A stretch of 64,000 nucleotides of DNA, taken from the human T2T-CHM13v2.0 reference genome, Homo sapiens. Shown piece after piece: positions 13,821 through 31,838 of the stretch. How positions within the stretch are numbered: the first letter of the stretch is position 1; each line of letters begins with the position of its first letter. The notes beneath the pieces are model-generated. The model made no database searches. It had not been told where the DNA came from and was given only the letters and a program-made list of their open reading frames with translations. The position numbers and the translations under genes are program-made. The stretch is taken from the NCBI RefSeq assembly GCF_009914755.1, contig NC_060932.1. One strand, 5' to 3'.

Positions 13821-16800
13821 CTAGGGAGAAGCAGGGCAGAGGAGGCTGCTTGTTCCCTCTGCGGCCACCTCCACCCAGGCCTGGGGCTCTGAGAGACCAG
13901 CACCTCAGGGAAGGGGAGCGTGGCAGGTGCCGGGACCCAAGACGGGGGTCTGTGGGTCTCAACAAAGTCCTTGGGGAGGGGAAGAGATGAGTCAGGGAGC
14001 AGAGGAAGCATGGCCTGGAAGAGGGAAACCCTGCCCTCTGTCCATATCCGTGTAACACACACCCCTCTACCCAGGGTGGGCCTTCGGAAGGGGGTCACCC
14101 ACTCCTGGGAGTTCTGGGGAAGGCAGAAGTTGGGGTCTGGGGAGGCCCCAAAAAGAAGATGCTGAAGAGAAGCAGAAGGGTGCAGGGAGGACCTGGCGGT
14201 GTGGGAACCTGGAAGAGGGCTGCCTGGGCGTTGGAGATGGGACACTCGTCACAGGCGTGTGACTGTGGACATGTCCCTTCCTCTCTCTGTAAAGTGACAG
14301 GTGGGACTTGGGGATCCATGTCCCTGTCTGCTCTGCTGGCCGAGGGCCTGGCTCTGGGGCTGCTGGAGAAGTTGCACCCTCTCCCCATCCTTCCACCCAC
14401 CCCTGTATCCGCATCCCCCCAGCTACAGCAGGAATAGGAAGGACATATTCTGGGAGAGTGTCTGTGAGGGAACAGAAAAGGGGAGGTTTACGGTGAGGAC
14501 CCGAGGAGAAAAGAGAAAGGGAGGGAGAGGGAGAAGAGACAACAGTGGTGAACAGAGGGGCAGAGGACACAGATGACAGGCCTTCCCTCGAGGGTCCTGC
14601 CACATTTGGAAGGGCTGCGACCCACAGCAGGGGGGCGGGTACAGGCTGCTCGTTCAGGAACATTCTCTAAATTTGGGGCCCCAGAAGGGCCTGGACACGA
14701 ACCTTTAGCAGGCCGCTGGGCTTGCCCAAAGAGGTGCTGTGGGAAGCCAAGGCCAGCCTGGCAGCCGGCCCTCTGCTCTGGCCCAGCGGGGCTGTTCTGG
14801 GGGCCTGCACCTGGCTCAGCTGTGTCCCGCTGGGGCCCTGTGCCTTTAGCTAAGGAGGTACATGCCCTGCTCCGGGGCGGCTTGAGTTTTTTCTTTTCCA
14901 CCCAACCATTCTAGCTGCCCCCTCGTTCCTGGCCCACACATGGCATGGGGCAAACACAGCTCCACATGCCAAGGCCTCCAGCTGTGCAGGCCTAGGCAGC
15001 TCCTTGGCCGCCCAGGCGTCTCGACAGTGCAGCCGTGAGGGCGGCTGGATGCAGCAAGGGCTCGTGTTGGGGACACGAGGGCCAGTGTTACGTGTGGGGT
15101 GGAGGCGGGGCTGGAAATGTGTGTCCCCCACTGTTTCACCCCACTCATCTACTGCAGACCGACATCTCACGAGGGCCTGCGGGAAGTGGCTTTAGGTTTC
15201 TGTATGTCTGTGAATCTAGGAAATGATGAGAAAGCGGATAAAGCGGGGCCACCAGGAGCCAGGAGGCCCCTTCACCCCTGCCTCTGAGCTCTGCACAGGT
15301 CCCTCTGCGTGGACGGTCACTTCCTCCTCGCCCAGCTCCCTCCTCCTGTCCTTCACAGCACCACTGATGTCTGAAGTGAAGACCACCTCTTGTGTCCCGT
15401 GAGTCCCCAGGCCGGTGCTTGTGGCACCTAAAGAAGCTCCATGTCTATCTTAAGGGGAATGTTCTTTTTGATTAATCAGAGGTATTAACATGCCCCTAAT
15501 GAGTCCATTTGCTAATTGTATTGTTTAGGGGTTGAGAAAACAAAATAAAGAGTTGATATGTCTGGGGTTGGGTGGCCGTGAAATGAGGGTAATGATGATG
15601 CCCCTTCCTTGGGAGATTAAATCAAACAATGCATTCCCCAGGCTTAGGCAATTGATAGTAGTTATTAAGTGGATGGCACTGGCCAGAATACAGGGAGATA
15701 CACACTCACCCAGCAAAATGATAGCAAACCTCAAACAGAAACCACCAGGCACTGTATACGTGCACATGGCCACGGCTATTCATCTTTTAAAATAAATAAC
15801 TCTCTGGTTAGGCCTCTCCAAGTCTGTGGTTCTGGGCTTGTGGGTGGAAAAGTGCTTGGCTGTCTGCTTTCCAGCCTCTGAAACTGCCCAGGAATTCTCT
15901 GAAAGCCCCTCTGTGGTGACTTCTCTGAAGGTGTTGTTTCTTCAGAGGACTGTCTGTAGGTGGGGACCGTGGGCCAGGCCCTGGGCTGGCTGAATGCCCC
16001 CTCAGGAAAGCTTTCAAGGTGGAATGACACATTTCTGGTCATCCACTTTGCTAGCCAACAGGGCAAGCTGGAAAACGAGATGGGTGAGGACGTAGGAGAG
16101 AGTGAGAGGGTGAGATAAAGCTTCTGCAGGCTACGTGTACCCGTGCACTGGGAGAGACACTAGGGACACAATGCCCCTTTTCTCCCCCAGTTAGAGCCCT
16201 GGCCAGAACATGCCGCTGTTTTCAGGAAGGAGGGAAGCCAAGGCCCCCTTGTTCCTCCTCAGGGCTGGCCTTCCACCCAGAGTATGTGGAAACAAATCTC
16301 GGCAACCCCTCTGACAAAGAAGTCACCTGGCCAGGCTGTGTCTCGTGTTCAGTATTTTATTCTTATAGATTCACTTTGCATTGAGAATGGCCCCTTCTGC
16401 AGATCCTCCTCTATGAGGCAGATATTTCCGGAAGAGCTAAGTCACAGATATTTGCAAGTGACTGGCTCTTTATGAGTTTGCTTTCAGTCTTGAAAGCACA
16501 GACCAAGGCAGCCTAGGGCACTAGGAGAAATGGGGATGGTGGAGACAAGAGCTCCATAGGAGACAAGAGGTGTGGGTTGCCTGAGCATGTATGGAATAAA
16601 CTGGCCGGAGGAGCAAATCTAGCCTGCTGATGAGTTTTGATTTGCATGCACCAGGTGTTAACTCAATCAAATGTGAATGCCTGTGGTGTCTCTGGTCCTG
16701 TGCACGCCCTATTTCTCAGGCCCCCATGCCTGATATCTTTGGGTTAACTGATGGACCGTGATGGCCTCTGGGGGTAGCACCTTGCCCTTTAGACAGCCTG

Positions 16801-16899
16801 ACTTCCATGCCCCTGTGTGGACACCAATGGGAAGGAGCCTGTGGAGGTGGCCTCCCCTCCTCCCCCTGCAGGGCTGGAACCCCTTCCCACCCACCTCAC

Positions 16900-17036
16900 C
16901 TGGAACAGGTAGTCTCCAGGGGGCACGTCAGTGATGTCAACCCACTGGCAGTCGATGTCATGGCGGTACATGTCCCAGCAGCCCATGGTGATGCCCTGAT
17001 CGCCGAAGTTGGCACACTCGTAATTCTTCTGGATGT
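16900..17036 (-). CDS. LOXL2: LOXL2 exon 12, contains the LTQ tyrosine Y689 (WDMYRHD)
   Basis: GCAG|AC acceptor; CAG|GTGAGG donor; 137 nt. Confidence 0.96.
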
Positions 17037-18154
17037 CTGCGGGCAGGGTAGAGGAGAGCTCATCACCAGGGAACCATGGCCCCACTGCCGCACCCTCTTC
17101 CTGCTTCCAAGGCCCCTACCGCTGCTTCATCTGGGCTCGGCATCCCACCCCACTGTGTGGGCTGCTCATCTGTTCTCATTTCAGTAGAACCCCCCACTCA
17201 ATTCCCTACCCACATCCTGCCTCTTCTCTCAGGCCAGGCTCAAGTTCCCCTTCCTCCATGAAGCCCTCCCTGACCACTCTGATCCACCCTGGCCTTTCTG
17301 TGACATCCTCAGCCTGGGGATAACTGCGTGTGTGTGGACCGAGGAAATCTCTGGTGCCTGTGGTTTAGCAAAACGTGGGGGGTCATACTGTCTGTCTCCT
17401 CTGGAGGATCGGCAATTAGAGTGTAGGCCCATGTCTCTCTGACACTTACATGTTATCTGCACATGGTAAGAGGTCAACACCTGTCTGCTGTGTGATTTCA
17501 CGGCAAGTCAGTGGCGGGCCGCTTCAATGAATAACAAATTAAACACGCATTTACTGAGAAGCTGCCATGCCTGGACACTGCTGTAAACAGTGGGTCTAGC
17601 AAGAAGAACTGACATGTCTCCCCATGAAGAGCCCCCAGGGCTGCAGGTGCACTAACAGGTGATCACAGGGCAGGTGTGGTGACCTACCAGAAGTGTGAGC
17701 AGAGTGCCACACCTGCCGGGACGGGGGGGCGCTTCAGAGGAGGGCATTTGAGATATAATTGAAGGGTGACACCTGGTGTGGTAGGGACACTTGGCATTGG
17801 GACACCAGAAAAAAGGTTGGTGGCAGCCAGAGTGGGAGGGGCATACGCATCAGGGTCTAGGCTGCTAAGCCCAGATGGAGCAGGGTCCCCAGAGTCTGGA
17901 TCTTGTCCAGGAGGCCCTGTGGACCGACCAGTGCCTGTCAGCACAGCTCTGGGGAATCCGGGTGCCCTTGGAACCAGGTCATGCCCATGCCCCCAGCGCC
18001 TCACTATAGCTGAGGAAGGTCCAGGTGGGGAAAGGTGGCAGTGGTCAGAGTGACACAGGGTCAGTGCCAGGCCTGGGCTCCAGCCAGGTGATCGTGGAGG
18101 CAGAGGCATTCGAGTCCCTCTGAGGCCTCCCATCCCCCCACTCCGCTCAGATAC

Positions 18155-18270
18155 CTCCTTCACATTCTGTGTCCTCCAAGCAGAAGCTGGCCTTGTGGCC
18201 CTCTGCCACCTTGGTGCCATTGAGGTTCAGCAGGTCATAGTGGGTGAACACCTCCATGCTGTGGTAGTGC
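18155..18270 (-). CDS. LOXL2: LOXL2 exon 11, Cu ligands H628/H630 and LTQ lysine K653 (EGHKASFC)
   Basis: CCAG|G acceptor; G|GTATCT donor; 116 nt. Confidence 0.96.
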
Positions 18271-20627
18271 CTGGAGCGAGAGAGAGATGGCCTGGAGGTC
18301 AGTTTCTGGAGCAACTGCTGCTTGCAAGCAGAGGCCTGGCTGGCGATTTGCCTCTGGGAATACTTCCAGGGGACCAGAGGGGGCCGGGTGGGGAGAGGAG
18401 TGGATGAGAGGCCTGAGGAAAGGAAAGCCGGTGCTGCAGAGGCAGCTTCAGGGCTCTGGAGTCAGACCACTGCTCACCTTGCTAAGCCTCCGTCCTCTCC
18501 TCTGCTGAATGGGAATGATCATCGTAATGCATGGGGTGCTGTGGGTACCAGGGAGGTGAGCAGATTAGCCAGCACTGCATATGATAAGCACAGAACTCCA
18601 GCTATTGTTTTTAATAAGCGTGCAACTGGCTCTCACAGCCCCTTCCTGTTTGATGCACTTTCTTCAGGGTAATTAAAAAACTCCGCATTTTGACGTCTTT
18701 TGAAATGGAATATGGTAGGGAGAAAAACCAAAGGGTAAGAAGCATGATTAAGGGGGAGCAGCAGAAAGAACAGGAATAGTAAGGAATAGAACATGTGCCC
18801 TGCACAGGACACACACAGGTACCCCAAGGTCGTGCCTGTGCTTCAGACCTGGTCAGGAAGGGCCTGCAGCTTCGCCTCTGGCCCTGGGAGGTGAGCAGCA
18901 AGTCTGTGCTCCTCGCATTGTGCAAATAAAGCAGGGAGGAGCAGAAAGACAGCTGGGAGGCCCTCTGGGAGGGAGACACTGACTCATCCTCAGGGGCACA
19001 CAGCAGCGGCAAAGGGAGGCACGTCCCCGGGGGTTCCAGAAAAGAGTTCTGCAGGAGAGCTTGTGCAAGCAGGCTGCAAATCCCTTGCCGCTGGTTTACA
19101 TAACGAGGCTCCCTCTCTTCCCTCGGGAGGAATTGAGAACAGATGCAGAGTCTTGGAACACATGCGCTTGGTTTAGAATAGCCCTTGTTTCAGAATAAAC
19201 AAGGGAAACGGGGCTGTCGCCTGTTGCTGCAGGGCCTTCCCGAAGCCTGCACTGCCCAGGCCCGGGGCTGAAGGAAGGAGGTTGTCTTAGCCCGATCCCA
19301 ACCTGCAACGAGCATGTCACAAGTGTCTGCAACTATTCTATATGCTTGTCTCTGCCATTACAGGGACATTTGGAAAATGAGGGAAACTGAGGAACAAGGT
19401 GCCAAGTCATGGGAGCAGAGTCCCCTGTTTTGTTGCTGCAGGATCTGAGCTTCCTCTTCGGCAAAGAGGGGAGGGTGGCTTTGCCCGCTCTCGGGGCCGC
19501 AAGATTGAATAAGATGAACGGCGTCAAATAACTAATGCGAAGTGGTAGCACATTAGTCAGCACTTGACATACCTGTCCCCTTCCTCGTGACACTCCCATC
19601 ATAGCAGTCACGGTGGCAGGATTTTTATTACATCCACTAACACTGCTGCTACAACGGCAGGCAGGAGCTCCTCACTTCCCCAGCCCCCTGCCCTTGGCCT
19701 CAGGTTCCCTCTGCTGTGTACGGGCAGTGGGGGCACGGGGAACGGGGAAGACAGCAATGAACAGGATAGGTTTCCTGCGAGGAAATTCGAGGCTCTTTTC
19801 CCTTCCTCCTGCATTTGCCTGTGCTAAAAATAATATCAGAAGTTGCTAAGTTGGGCTTCCCTCGGTCACTCATGTTTCTGGGTAAAATGACGCTAAGCCC
19901 GGGTTCCACTGAGAACATTCACAAGGAGGCATTTTGTGGCCGTGGAAGTGACGACTTTGAGAAAGTCTATTTTGGCTTCTTGAAGGAGCAAGAAGAGACA
20001 TGAGGTCTGACTCACTGCCTAAAAAATGTCTGCATCGCTCAGAGAGGGGCTTATGTGACCATGTTTACCAGCTGGAAAGACTGAAGAGAAATAGGTTGAT
20101 GCTCCGTTGTCTAAACAGAATTCAGACGGAGCGCACAGACAGACTCTTGTAAGGATGACCCCGTCCCACTGCTGGGCTTCCTGCAGACTTGATTTAAATC
20201 TTCCTCAGCTTCAGTTTTTCCCCTGCAAACACTCAGGGGAGCAGCTGGTTTCATGGCCTCCCAGTTTTCCCTGGCTTCTGTCCTGGGCATCTCGCTTTGC
20301 CTCTTAGGCGTATGCGGTCATCCCTCCCTAGGGCCACATCTCCTTCCCAGCTGCCTGGATTAGAGCCTAGAGCCCCCCCACACCCCCCGCCCACCAGCAC
20401 TACCCACCCATTCCCCCCAGGAAATACAGAGCAGGACTCTGGGAAGATGGGATGGTGAGTCCTGGCGAGGAAGGTATTCCTCCTCTTGCAGGCTGAGCTG
20501 TCGTGACCCTTGGGCATCTAGGAGGGGGCTGGATCCCTGGGGTAGAGTTAGGGAAGCATGGACTTGGAAGGAAAATCCAGAACGCTAAGGGGAGAGAGAG
20601 CCTGACACTTGGCGGAGGTCACTGTGA

Positions 20628-21470
<843 letters not shown>

Positions 21471-22827
21471 TGAGCCGCACATGTGGTAGGCAGGGTGGAG
21501 TGAAAGGGAGTCTCTCCTCTTTGCAGCAATGCCATCCCTGACCCGGAGGACTGTCATCTGAGCTGGAGCCCACACGCCCTGCTTCTCCAACTCCTAGCTC
21601 CTCTCCTGGGATTCCCCCGAGGTGGGAGAGCCAAGCCCCTTGGCCTGTGGAGCCTGTTGTGCATCTGTGCCCCATGCTTTGTCCTGTCAGAGCGTGGCAC
21701 ATCGTGCCAGTTGAGCAGCGGTGGCCTCACAAGAGGCAGGAGAGAGAGGCATGGAGACCATCGGCCAGGGCACAGTGCACATGAGACAGAATAACTCCGG
21801 GGGCACTTTCCTCCAGGTCTGGTTTTCGAGGAAATTTCCAAGGGGGCCAATCTTTGTGTTTCAGCCAAGGGCTTTCAAAGAACAGAGCTCTCTTCCCCGA
21901 GGTAGCGTCAATTAAACTGGAAATGGCATTTTTTCCCATTCCCACTAATTTGAGCCAGGGTTCTCAAGCCTGGCTCCAGATGGCCTTCAGAGTGTCTGCA
22001 AATCTGCTGACATAGGCTATTAAACTTCTAGAAATATTTGTTTTGAGGAGAGGAAGGGCCAGCTCTCATCAGCTTCCAAAAGGAACCCAACAGATGTTTG
22101 AGGCCAGGATCCTGTTCCTCCCACAGCACCTGGAGAAGTCACCTGGAGCTCGAGGTACTCCTCTTAAGGTCCCTAGGATCTTATGGTCATTGTTTCTCAG
22201 CTGTGGACCAGGAGGGGGAGACCAGAAGGTACATGTGCTCAGCATGTCCTTCCTTCCCTCCCATCCCCTCCCAAGCCACTGACTAGAACATCTGTAAACA
22301 AAGAAATAAAATAGACCACAGGAAAAGTGGGGGAGCAGGGGGTTGGGGAGCAGGCAGGGAGCCAGGGTCTCCAGATCAGAAGAACATTTCCAGGATGTCA
22401 CCATGTGCCTATTCTTAGAGGAGACCAAGTCCTTGGAGCGTAAGTGTATGGCACAGGGAGGTTCCTACCATGTAATCTGTGGGTGGGCTGCCATATGCAG
22501 GGCTGGGATGCAATTATCTTCTGCTTATAGACCCATAGGCAGCGTCAGCCCCCGCCGCCCAGGGCTTCCACCCACACGTTCCCCGAAGGGAGCCAAGCAC
22601 CAAAACCGTCATGACTTTAACTCTACTGACTTACAACCTGAAGAAGACTGGCCTGCTTCTCTATAAAGACCACACCTTCTTGGGCTAATTAGGACGTTCA
22701 GAATATTCAATTGTTTGAATGGAAAATCAGCACCCCTGAATTCTACCATAGTCCTTTCTTGTGAGACTAGTGGAACAACTATCCCAAAACTGATTTGAAT
22801 GTGACTAGGTCATCAGCTGCGATATGG

Positions 22828-22858
<31 letters not shown>
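22828..22858. repeat. (A)31 homopolymer
   Basis: Direct count. Confidence 0.95.
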
Positions 22859-22859
<1 letters not shown>

Positions 22860-23124
22860 CCAAAGATAGATTTCTGATGAAGAGTCAGCAGACAAAAAAG
22901 AAAGAGCATGTAGTTTGGAGTCAGACAGGCCCGAGCCGGGATTCCTGCTCTCTGCAACTCCTAGCATTATCTTGGGCAAGAGACAACTCCAAGCCTCTGT
23001 GTCCTTTTCTAGGAGAACGAAGGTTCCCTAGGCCTGACACTTAGAAGGGGCCAGGACATGTTAGTTCTGCCCATAACAGTGATGACCACATTCCGGAGCT
23101 GCAGCGGAGCCTCAACATCATCTA

Positions 23125-23287
23125 GACAACGGCTTCTCACACTGCAGTGTGCACACGGTCACCTGAGAATCCTGCCAAATGCAGATGCTGATGTGTAGGT
23201 CTGCCACGGGCCCTGGGATTGAGCAGGTCCCAGGCTCTCAGGTGGTGGCAGATACCTCTGGTCCAAGGACCTCACTTTGAGAAGCAG
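23125..23287. mobile_element. MER5A-like hAT MITE
   Basis: CTTCTCACACTG...TCACCTG...AAATGCAGATGCTGA...GGTCCAAGGACCTCACTTTGAGAAGCA. Confidence 0.6.
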
Positions 23288-23857
23288 GGATGTGGTGCAA
23301 AGGCCAGGTTGTATAGATGGCCCATCCAAGTGTGGAGAAGGGCAATGACTAGGCCACGCCTGTAGCCCCTCGGGGGCTTCCTGCTTTATTTAGTGGTAGA
23401 GGCCTGTCTCCCTTCCTTTCCAAGGGTGTGCCTGCTTCTCTTCCCTCTACCCACCCAGTTCAGGTCTGAGCAAAAAAATCCCTGGACATACAGAGACAGC
23501 AGGCTCTGGATTAGATTAAGAGTCCAGGCAAAAAAGGGAAAACAAAGAAACAGAGGGAAGGTAAGAGGATGAGCAGATGGCTTGTGGTGGCTCTAGCCAG
23601 GTCTGGCTGTAGGATTTCACCCTGTTCTTCTGTCCTTGTCTGGGATTTGCAGCGCTGGGATCAGGTCCACAGACTGACAGAGCTGGAAGGGACAGGCGAG
23701 GTCCCAGGTGATGCCGCCCAGCTGACCTGACATCATGCAGCTCGCTAGAGGCACGGCTGCGTTTAGAGACCAGGTCTCAGGACTCTTGGGCCTAGACTTC
23801 AGTCTCCACACCCATTGTCTTCCTAGAGGTATTTAAAATACATACCAGTACGTGGAA

Positions 23858-24177
<320 letters not shown>

Positions 24178-24552
24178 CTAAAGGAATTTAGAGTCCAGCA
24201 ACTGCACAGCCTGGAGTACCTGGCAGCACACAAACCTGTGGACACACTTGGAAACCATGGGCTGAAGGTCAACGAGGAGGGTATGGGCGCTCAAAACAAA
24301 GTGTGTTTCCTGATGTTAGAAGCATTGGAGGCAGGAAGAAGGGTGGCAGGCCAGGGGAACTTGGAGTGGAGAATGGCTTCGGGAAATCTGACAGCCAGTG
24401 TGGCAGATGCAAGCCCCCCACTTAGGAGGATCCTATCCCCAGGCCATGCAGCCTCTTGGCTCTAAGTGACCCTGGCAACTCTCAACTCCCATCTGAGGCC
24501 TGCAGGATGTCCGCCGGGCAGCTTAGTGGGGAGGGTGGCCAGCCAGGCCTAC

Positions 24553-24796
24553 CTGTGACAGTCGTGCCAGATCCACGCGTGGCGGCCGTTCTTGGGCCGG
24601 AAGTCGGACTGGCCATTGTTGTGGATCTGGGAGGAGAAGCGCAGGAGCCGGCGGTAGCCCGTGGTGGGGTCGGTCTGCGCGGCTGAGGCCGAGAGGCAGT
24701 TCTCCTCCATGGCACACTGCAGCAGGAACATGGGCCGGTCCTCCAGGTAGGTGGTCTGCTGCACCATCTCCGCATTGAGGACCAGGTCAGGGGCGG
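24553..24796 (-). CDS. LOXL2: LOXL2 exon 10, start of the lysyl oxidase domain (APDLVLNAE...WIWHDCH)
   Basis: GCAG|CC acceptor; AG|GTAGGC donor; 244 nt. Confidence 0.96.
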
Positions 24797-26870
24797 CTGC
24801 GGAGGATGGCATGCTGGTCAACAAGGCAAGAGACCCCTCCCCAGGGCTTCTACTTCTGATTCTTGAGCTGGGACAAACCCCCTCTCCTGCCTACCGCCAC
24901 CTTCTGGAATGACTCAAGGGCTCCTCAAGGTCACCTTCTTGTTTAGCAAGACCCTGAATTCCTCTTTTCCTCTGCTGTGACTCCTCTTTGACAACTCTTC
25001 AGTTATCGGTGCAGATGAGCGAGATGTTAAAATCTCACACACCTGGTCCTAGGCTAAGAGCGAAGCACAGATTATGGTACGTTAACAGATCCTGTGCCTC
25101 ATAAGCACTGAATGTGAGTGATGAGCACGTGGGGGTTGATTATATTATTCTACTTCAAGTGGCTTCAAGTTTTCCATAATAAAATGCAAAAACAACAATA
25201 ACGATGTGATTGTGCTACCCAGAGAGAAAGAACACCTCTAATACCTTGGTCTGCTGCTTCTGGGAATGATGTATTTTCCAACATGTATAATATTGTCTGT
25301 GGATTTATGGTGCACTAATACAGTTCCCCTTAAAATACATCTTCACATATTTTCACATTGACATATATCCATTACAGCACATTCATTTCATGGCTACATA
25401 AGATTTAATTCCTAGCTCTAGCTCATATTTTTAGATATATTGGCTGTTTGGAATTTTTCACTTACAAGCTGTGATAAATACCCTGTAGTAAATCTGTGCA
25501 TATAACTTATTTTTTTCTTTAGAATATATCTCTGTAAGTGAAAGTGCTAGGAGAAAGCATTGTCTGTTTTTAAGTCTCTGATTCCTACTGCCAAATTGCC
25601 TTCTTAACAGGGTCTTCCAGGTTCCACAGGACACACTGCTGCCCCACAGGAGAGTTTTCCCCAGGTGCCTGTCTTTTACAATGCTTGATTTACTCAATTA
25701 GTGCACTGCACATAGCAGGTGTTAAAAGAATGACTGATGGCTACAATCTACGTTTACTAAACAATTGTATTAGAAAGCTTAGCTTCTTTGCAAAAGGATT
25801 AACTGTAGGCTTTACCTTTAAAAGTGAGCTTTCAGTGAACACTTCTAGTACACAGAAAAATGCCATATATGAATCAGTGATCACAAGATCCTGCCATCTT
25901 TTATTTTGACAAGTTGCTTGTAAATTTTTTTCCCCCTAGACTGCTTTGCAGAATTGCTTATAAATTTTAAGCAAGCAGAGTCTGTGAGTTTTGCTTCCCT
26001 CAAGTTCACCAGCACGTGGAGGGAGCTCTGTCTCCCTTCTCCCCCTCCCCCTCCAGGCTTACAGGCTGCAGCAGAGTCCAGCGGGTTCTCAGTAAACCCT
26101 GTGAGTTCACTGGCACCTGATGGAGCTGGCATCCTCTAGAGAGCAGATCCACTCGCAAGAATTGGGTGTGGAACCAAAGGGTAGGGAAAAGGTGCACACA
26201 GATGGCACATGGGGTGGGGCACGGAAGCCGTAAATCAGGAGGCTCCCGTTTACTGACAAGTATTTCTTCTTGGAGGCTACGCCAGGATGCAGCATTGCCC
26301 TACACCGAGTGTTCTGGGCACGCTTATTTTTATGAGGGTGTCATGTGAGCCTCTTATTAGTTGACAGCCCCTCTGAATACCTCTGAGCTGAGCATGGAGG
26401 TCTCCACTTGGGCTCTCCCGCCAGCTCGCAAGGCGAGGGATCGTTAATGTACCATGGTCTGTGCTTAGCTGGTAGCCTGAGATGTGCAATCTCAACAGCT
26501 GCCATGGGTTGGGGACTTGGCCTCCCCTGCATCCAGCAGGCAGCAGAACTCCTAGGTGGCATCCTCCCACCTACCCATGGCTCGAGTATTACGATGCTCT
26601 GTGCTAGGTTCTCTGGACAGAGCTGAGCAAGGCAGAGGTGGAACTACCCTAGACTAACAAGAGACAGACATATTCAGCACATAATAATTACTACTGCAAC
26701 AAGAGCTGGCAGGAGATATGATGGGAATTGTAACGGGAGGAACCTGTCGGGTGGGTGGTCAGGAGGCTGCTTTGGGAGAAGTTGTGTTTTAGTTTTTCTC
26801 TGAAGGAGGAGTGGGGATTCGAGGAAATAACACTAAGGATGAGGCTGGGGCAAAACAAATAGCCTGTGCC

Positions 26871-29766
<2,896 letters not shown>

Positions 29767-31838
29767 AAAACAAGTAGCCTGTGCCAGGCCCCTGCGGCAC
29801 CACGGAGGGTCAAAGCCAGTGTGGTGCAGTCACTGAGGATGGGAGGGGGTGGCCAGCGAGGAGGCTGGACAACACAAGCCCCGTGCGAGCCCCTGGTCAC
29901 GGAAGTGCAGTGGGACCCTTGGGTGGGATTTAAGTGGGACGTGGCCTTGGCTCTGGCTTTGGGGAGGGGAGAGGAGGGGAAGCCACCGCAGGGCCACGTA
30001 TCACTGTAGGGATCTCCTTTGCAGTGATGCTGTGTGGTCATCTGGACACAGGCAGCAACAGTGGCAGGGAAAGACATACAGAAGGTTGAGAAAATACTGA
30101 AAGGTAAAAATCAAGAGGGACTGGACATGGGGGTGGTGGGGAAGAGGGAGAATCAAGGAGGTTGTGTAGATTTCTAGCATATGCAGTTGGTGGGGTGAGA
30201 ATAAGATATTATGAAGGGTTGCCTGAAGAATTACTTTATTTCCCTGAATACTCTAACGTGCATTTAGCCAGAGCAGCCAAGAGCTGTGTTCCTGGCCCCA
30301 AAGCCTACTGCCCCGCTGCAGACACACTCCCAGTGATGCTTCAGCCTAAGCTGTGGAGCATTCTGAGAAATCGCCCCATGAAACTCATTTTTGGATCTCC
30401 CATGAGGATCTGACGGCATGGCTCATCTCGTAAATCTCAGTCCTCAGAGAGAAATTCCCTTTAATCTCTAGAGTGGTGGGCTTCTCTTGACTCACAGCCA
30501 TATTTCTATCTCACAGGTACTGTTAGTTATATTAATGACCAGTATTCTCTTTGCTCTGGCTGCTAGGAAGCTCACTGTGAAATGAATGACCTACTCATAA
30601 TAAATGCATAGAACCCCCTAGTACACATTTGTAAAATTAACCCCTCCCTGGCTCCATTTTAAGCCACTACCATTTTGCCAGCACCTGTCTGTCTTTCATC
30701 TGTTTTTATTTTATGCTATCTTGAATTGTATTTAGGTTTGTATTATCTTCATTTCCTTCTGGAAAAGATGGGATATTGCAAATATAAATAAATTGATAAA
30801 TAAAGAAAAGGCCCCCGACAGGGAAGTGGCTGTTCCTCTCTGCTGGGATGCTTTCCCCCGGGGAGCTGGTAAGATGGTGATCTCGCCATCTCTCCTCTCA
30901 CAAGGATGTGATAGCTTGTGATGTCTGCCCAGCGAAGCCTGCCCTGAGGTCCTGCTTTGCAAGGGCTGGGAGATGCTAGTGAGTCTAAAAGGGGTTGGTG
31001 GGAGACGCAGCTGCTGTTCAATCCCGCGTTCTCCGTGATGGCAGGATGACAGTGCATCTTTGTTTATGAAGCCCTTGCACATATTAATTGTCACACTTGA
31101 TTTCTAATTTCTAGGGAAAACTACAACTAAAGACCACAGAGGCTGACACGCTTTTCCAAGATCAGCCAATAAGGCAGGGTCTGGTCTCAAGTTCTCTGGC
31201 CAGCACCTGGGCCTCCCAATGGAGATGGCTGCGTGTGGGTTTATATTACAAGGCCAGGAAAGGGAGGGCTGGGTTTGGGCTCAGGAGGGCAGCATTCCAA
31301 AAGGTTGTCTACTGCTCCTCTTCTCTCAGCATGGGAGGGAGGCTTCAGGAAGTGGGTCATCCTGAATCCTGGCTGGCATTCCCTTCTGTGGGCTCAATCT
31401 CTCTAGGACTCCCAGCGAACCACCGGGCAGCTAAGTGACCTCCAGGGTCTGAAAACAGGAAATGCTCTACAGAGGAGGTGGAGGGAGGAAGCCAACACCC
31501 ATGGAAGATGTCATCGACCTCATTTAACTGGCATGACGGAGGCACTCTCAGTCATGTAGTCTGCCCTGGGTCACTGCAGTAGCAGTGGTCCTGTGAGTGA
31601 ATCCGGGCTACAGACTGCAGCCCCTCCCTCCCGCTTTTCTCCCCACTACATCATAGACAGCGATCTGTGGTTGGGGTGGCGGTCATCTCTCTTGCCCCCA
31701 GTTTTTCTCCCTTAGGATTTCATTCTACCTTCCTCTATTGCTTGGCTCATGGCAAGGCTTCAGAGTCTCTTGAGGAATAACTGGTGGGACTCTGGTCCCC
31801 TCGGGAGCCCGGTGGGGAGGGAGGGGAGGAGCTCTCAC

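Noticed and set aside
25080-25700. AT-rich block as a regulatory element
   Set aside because: Resembles decayed ancient L1M sequence; I cannot support boundaries or function
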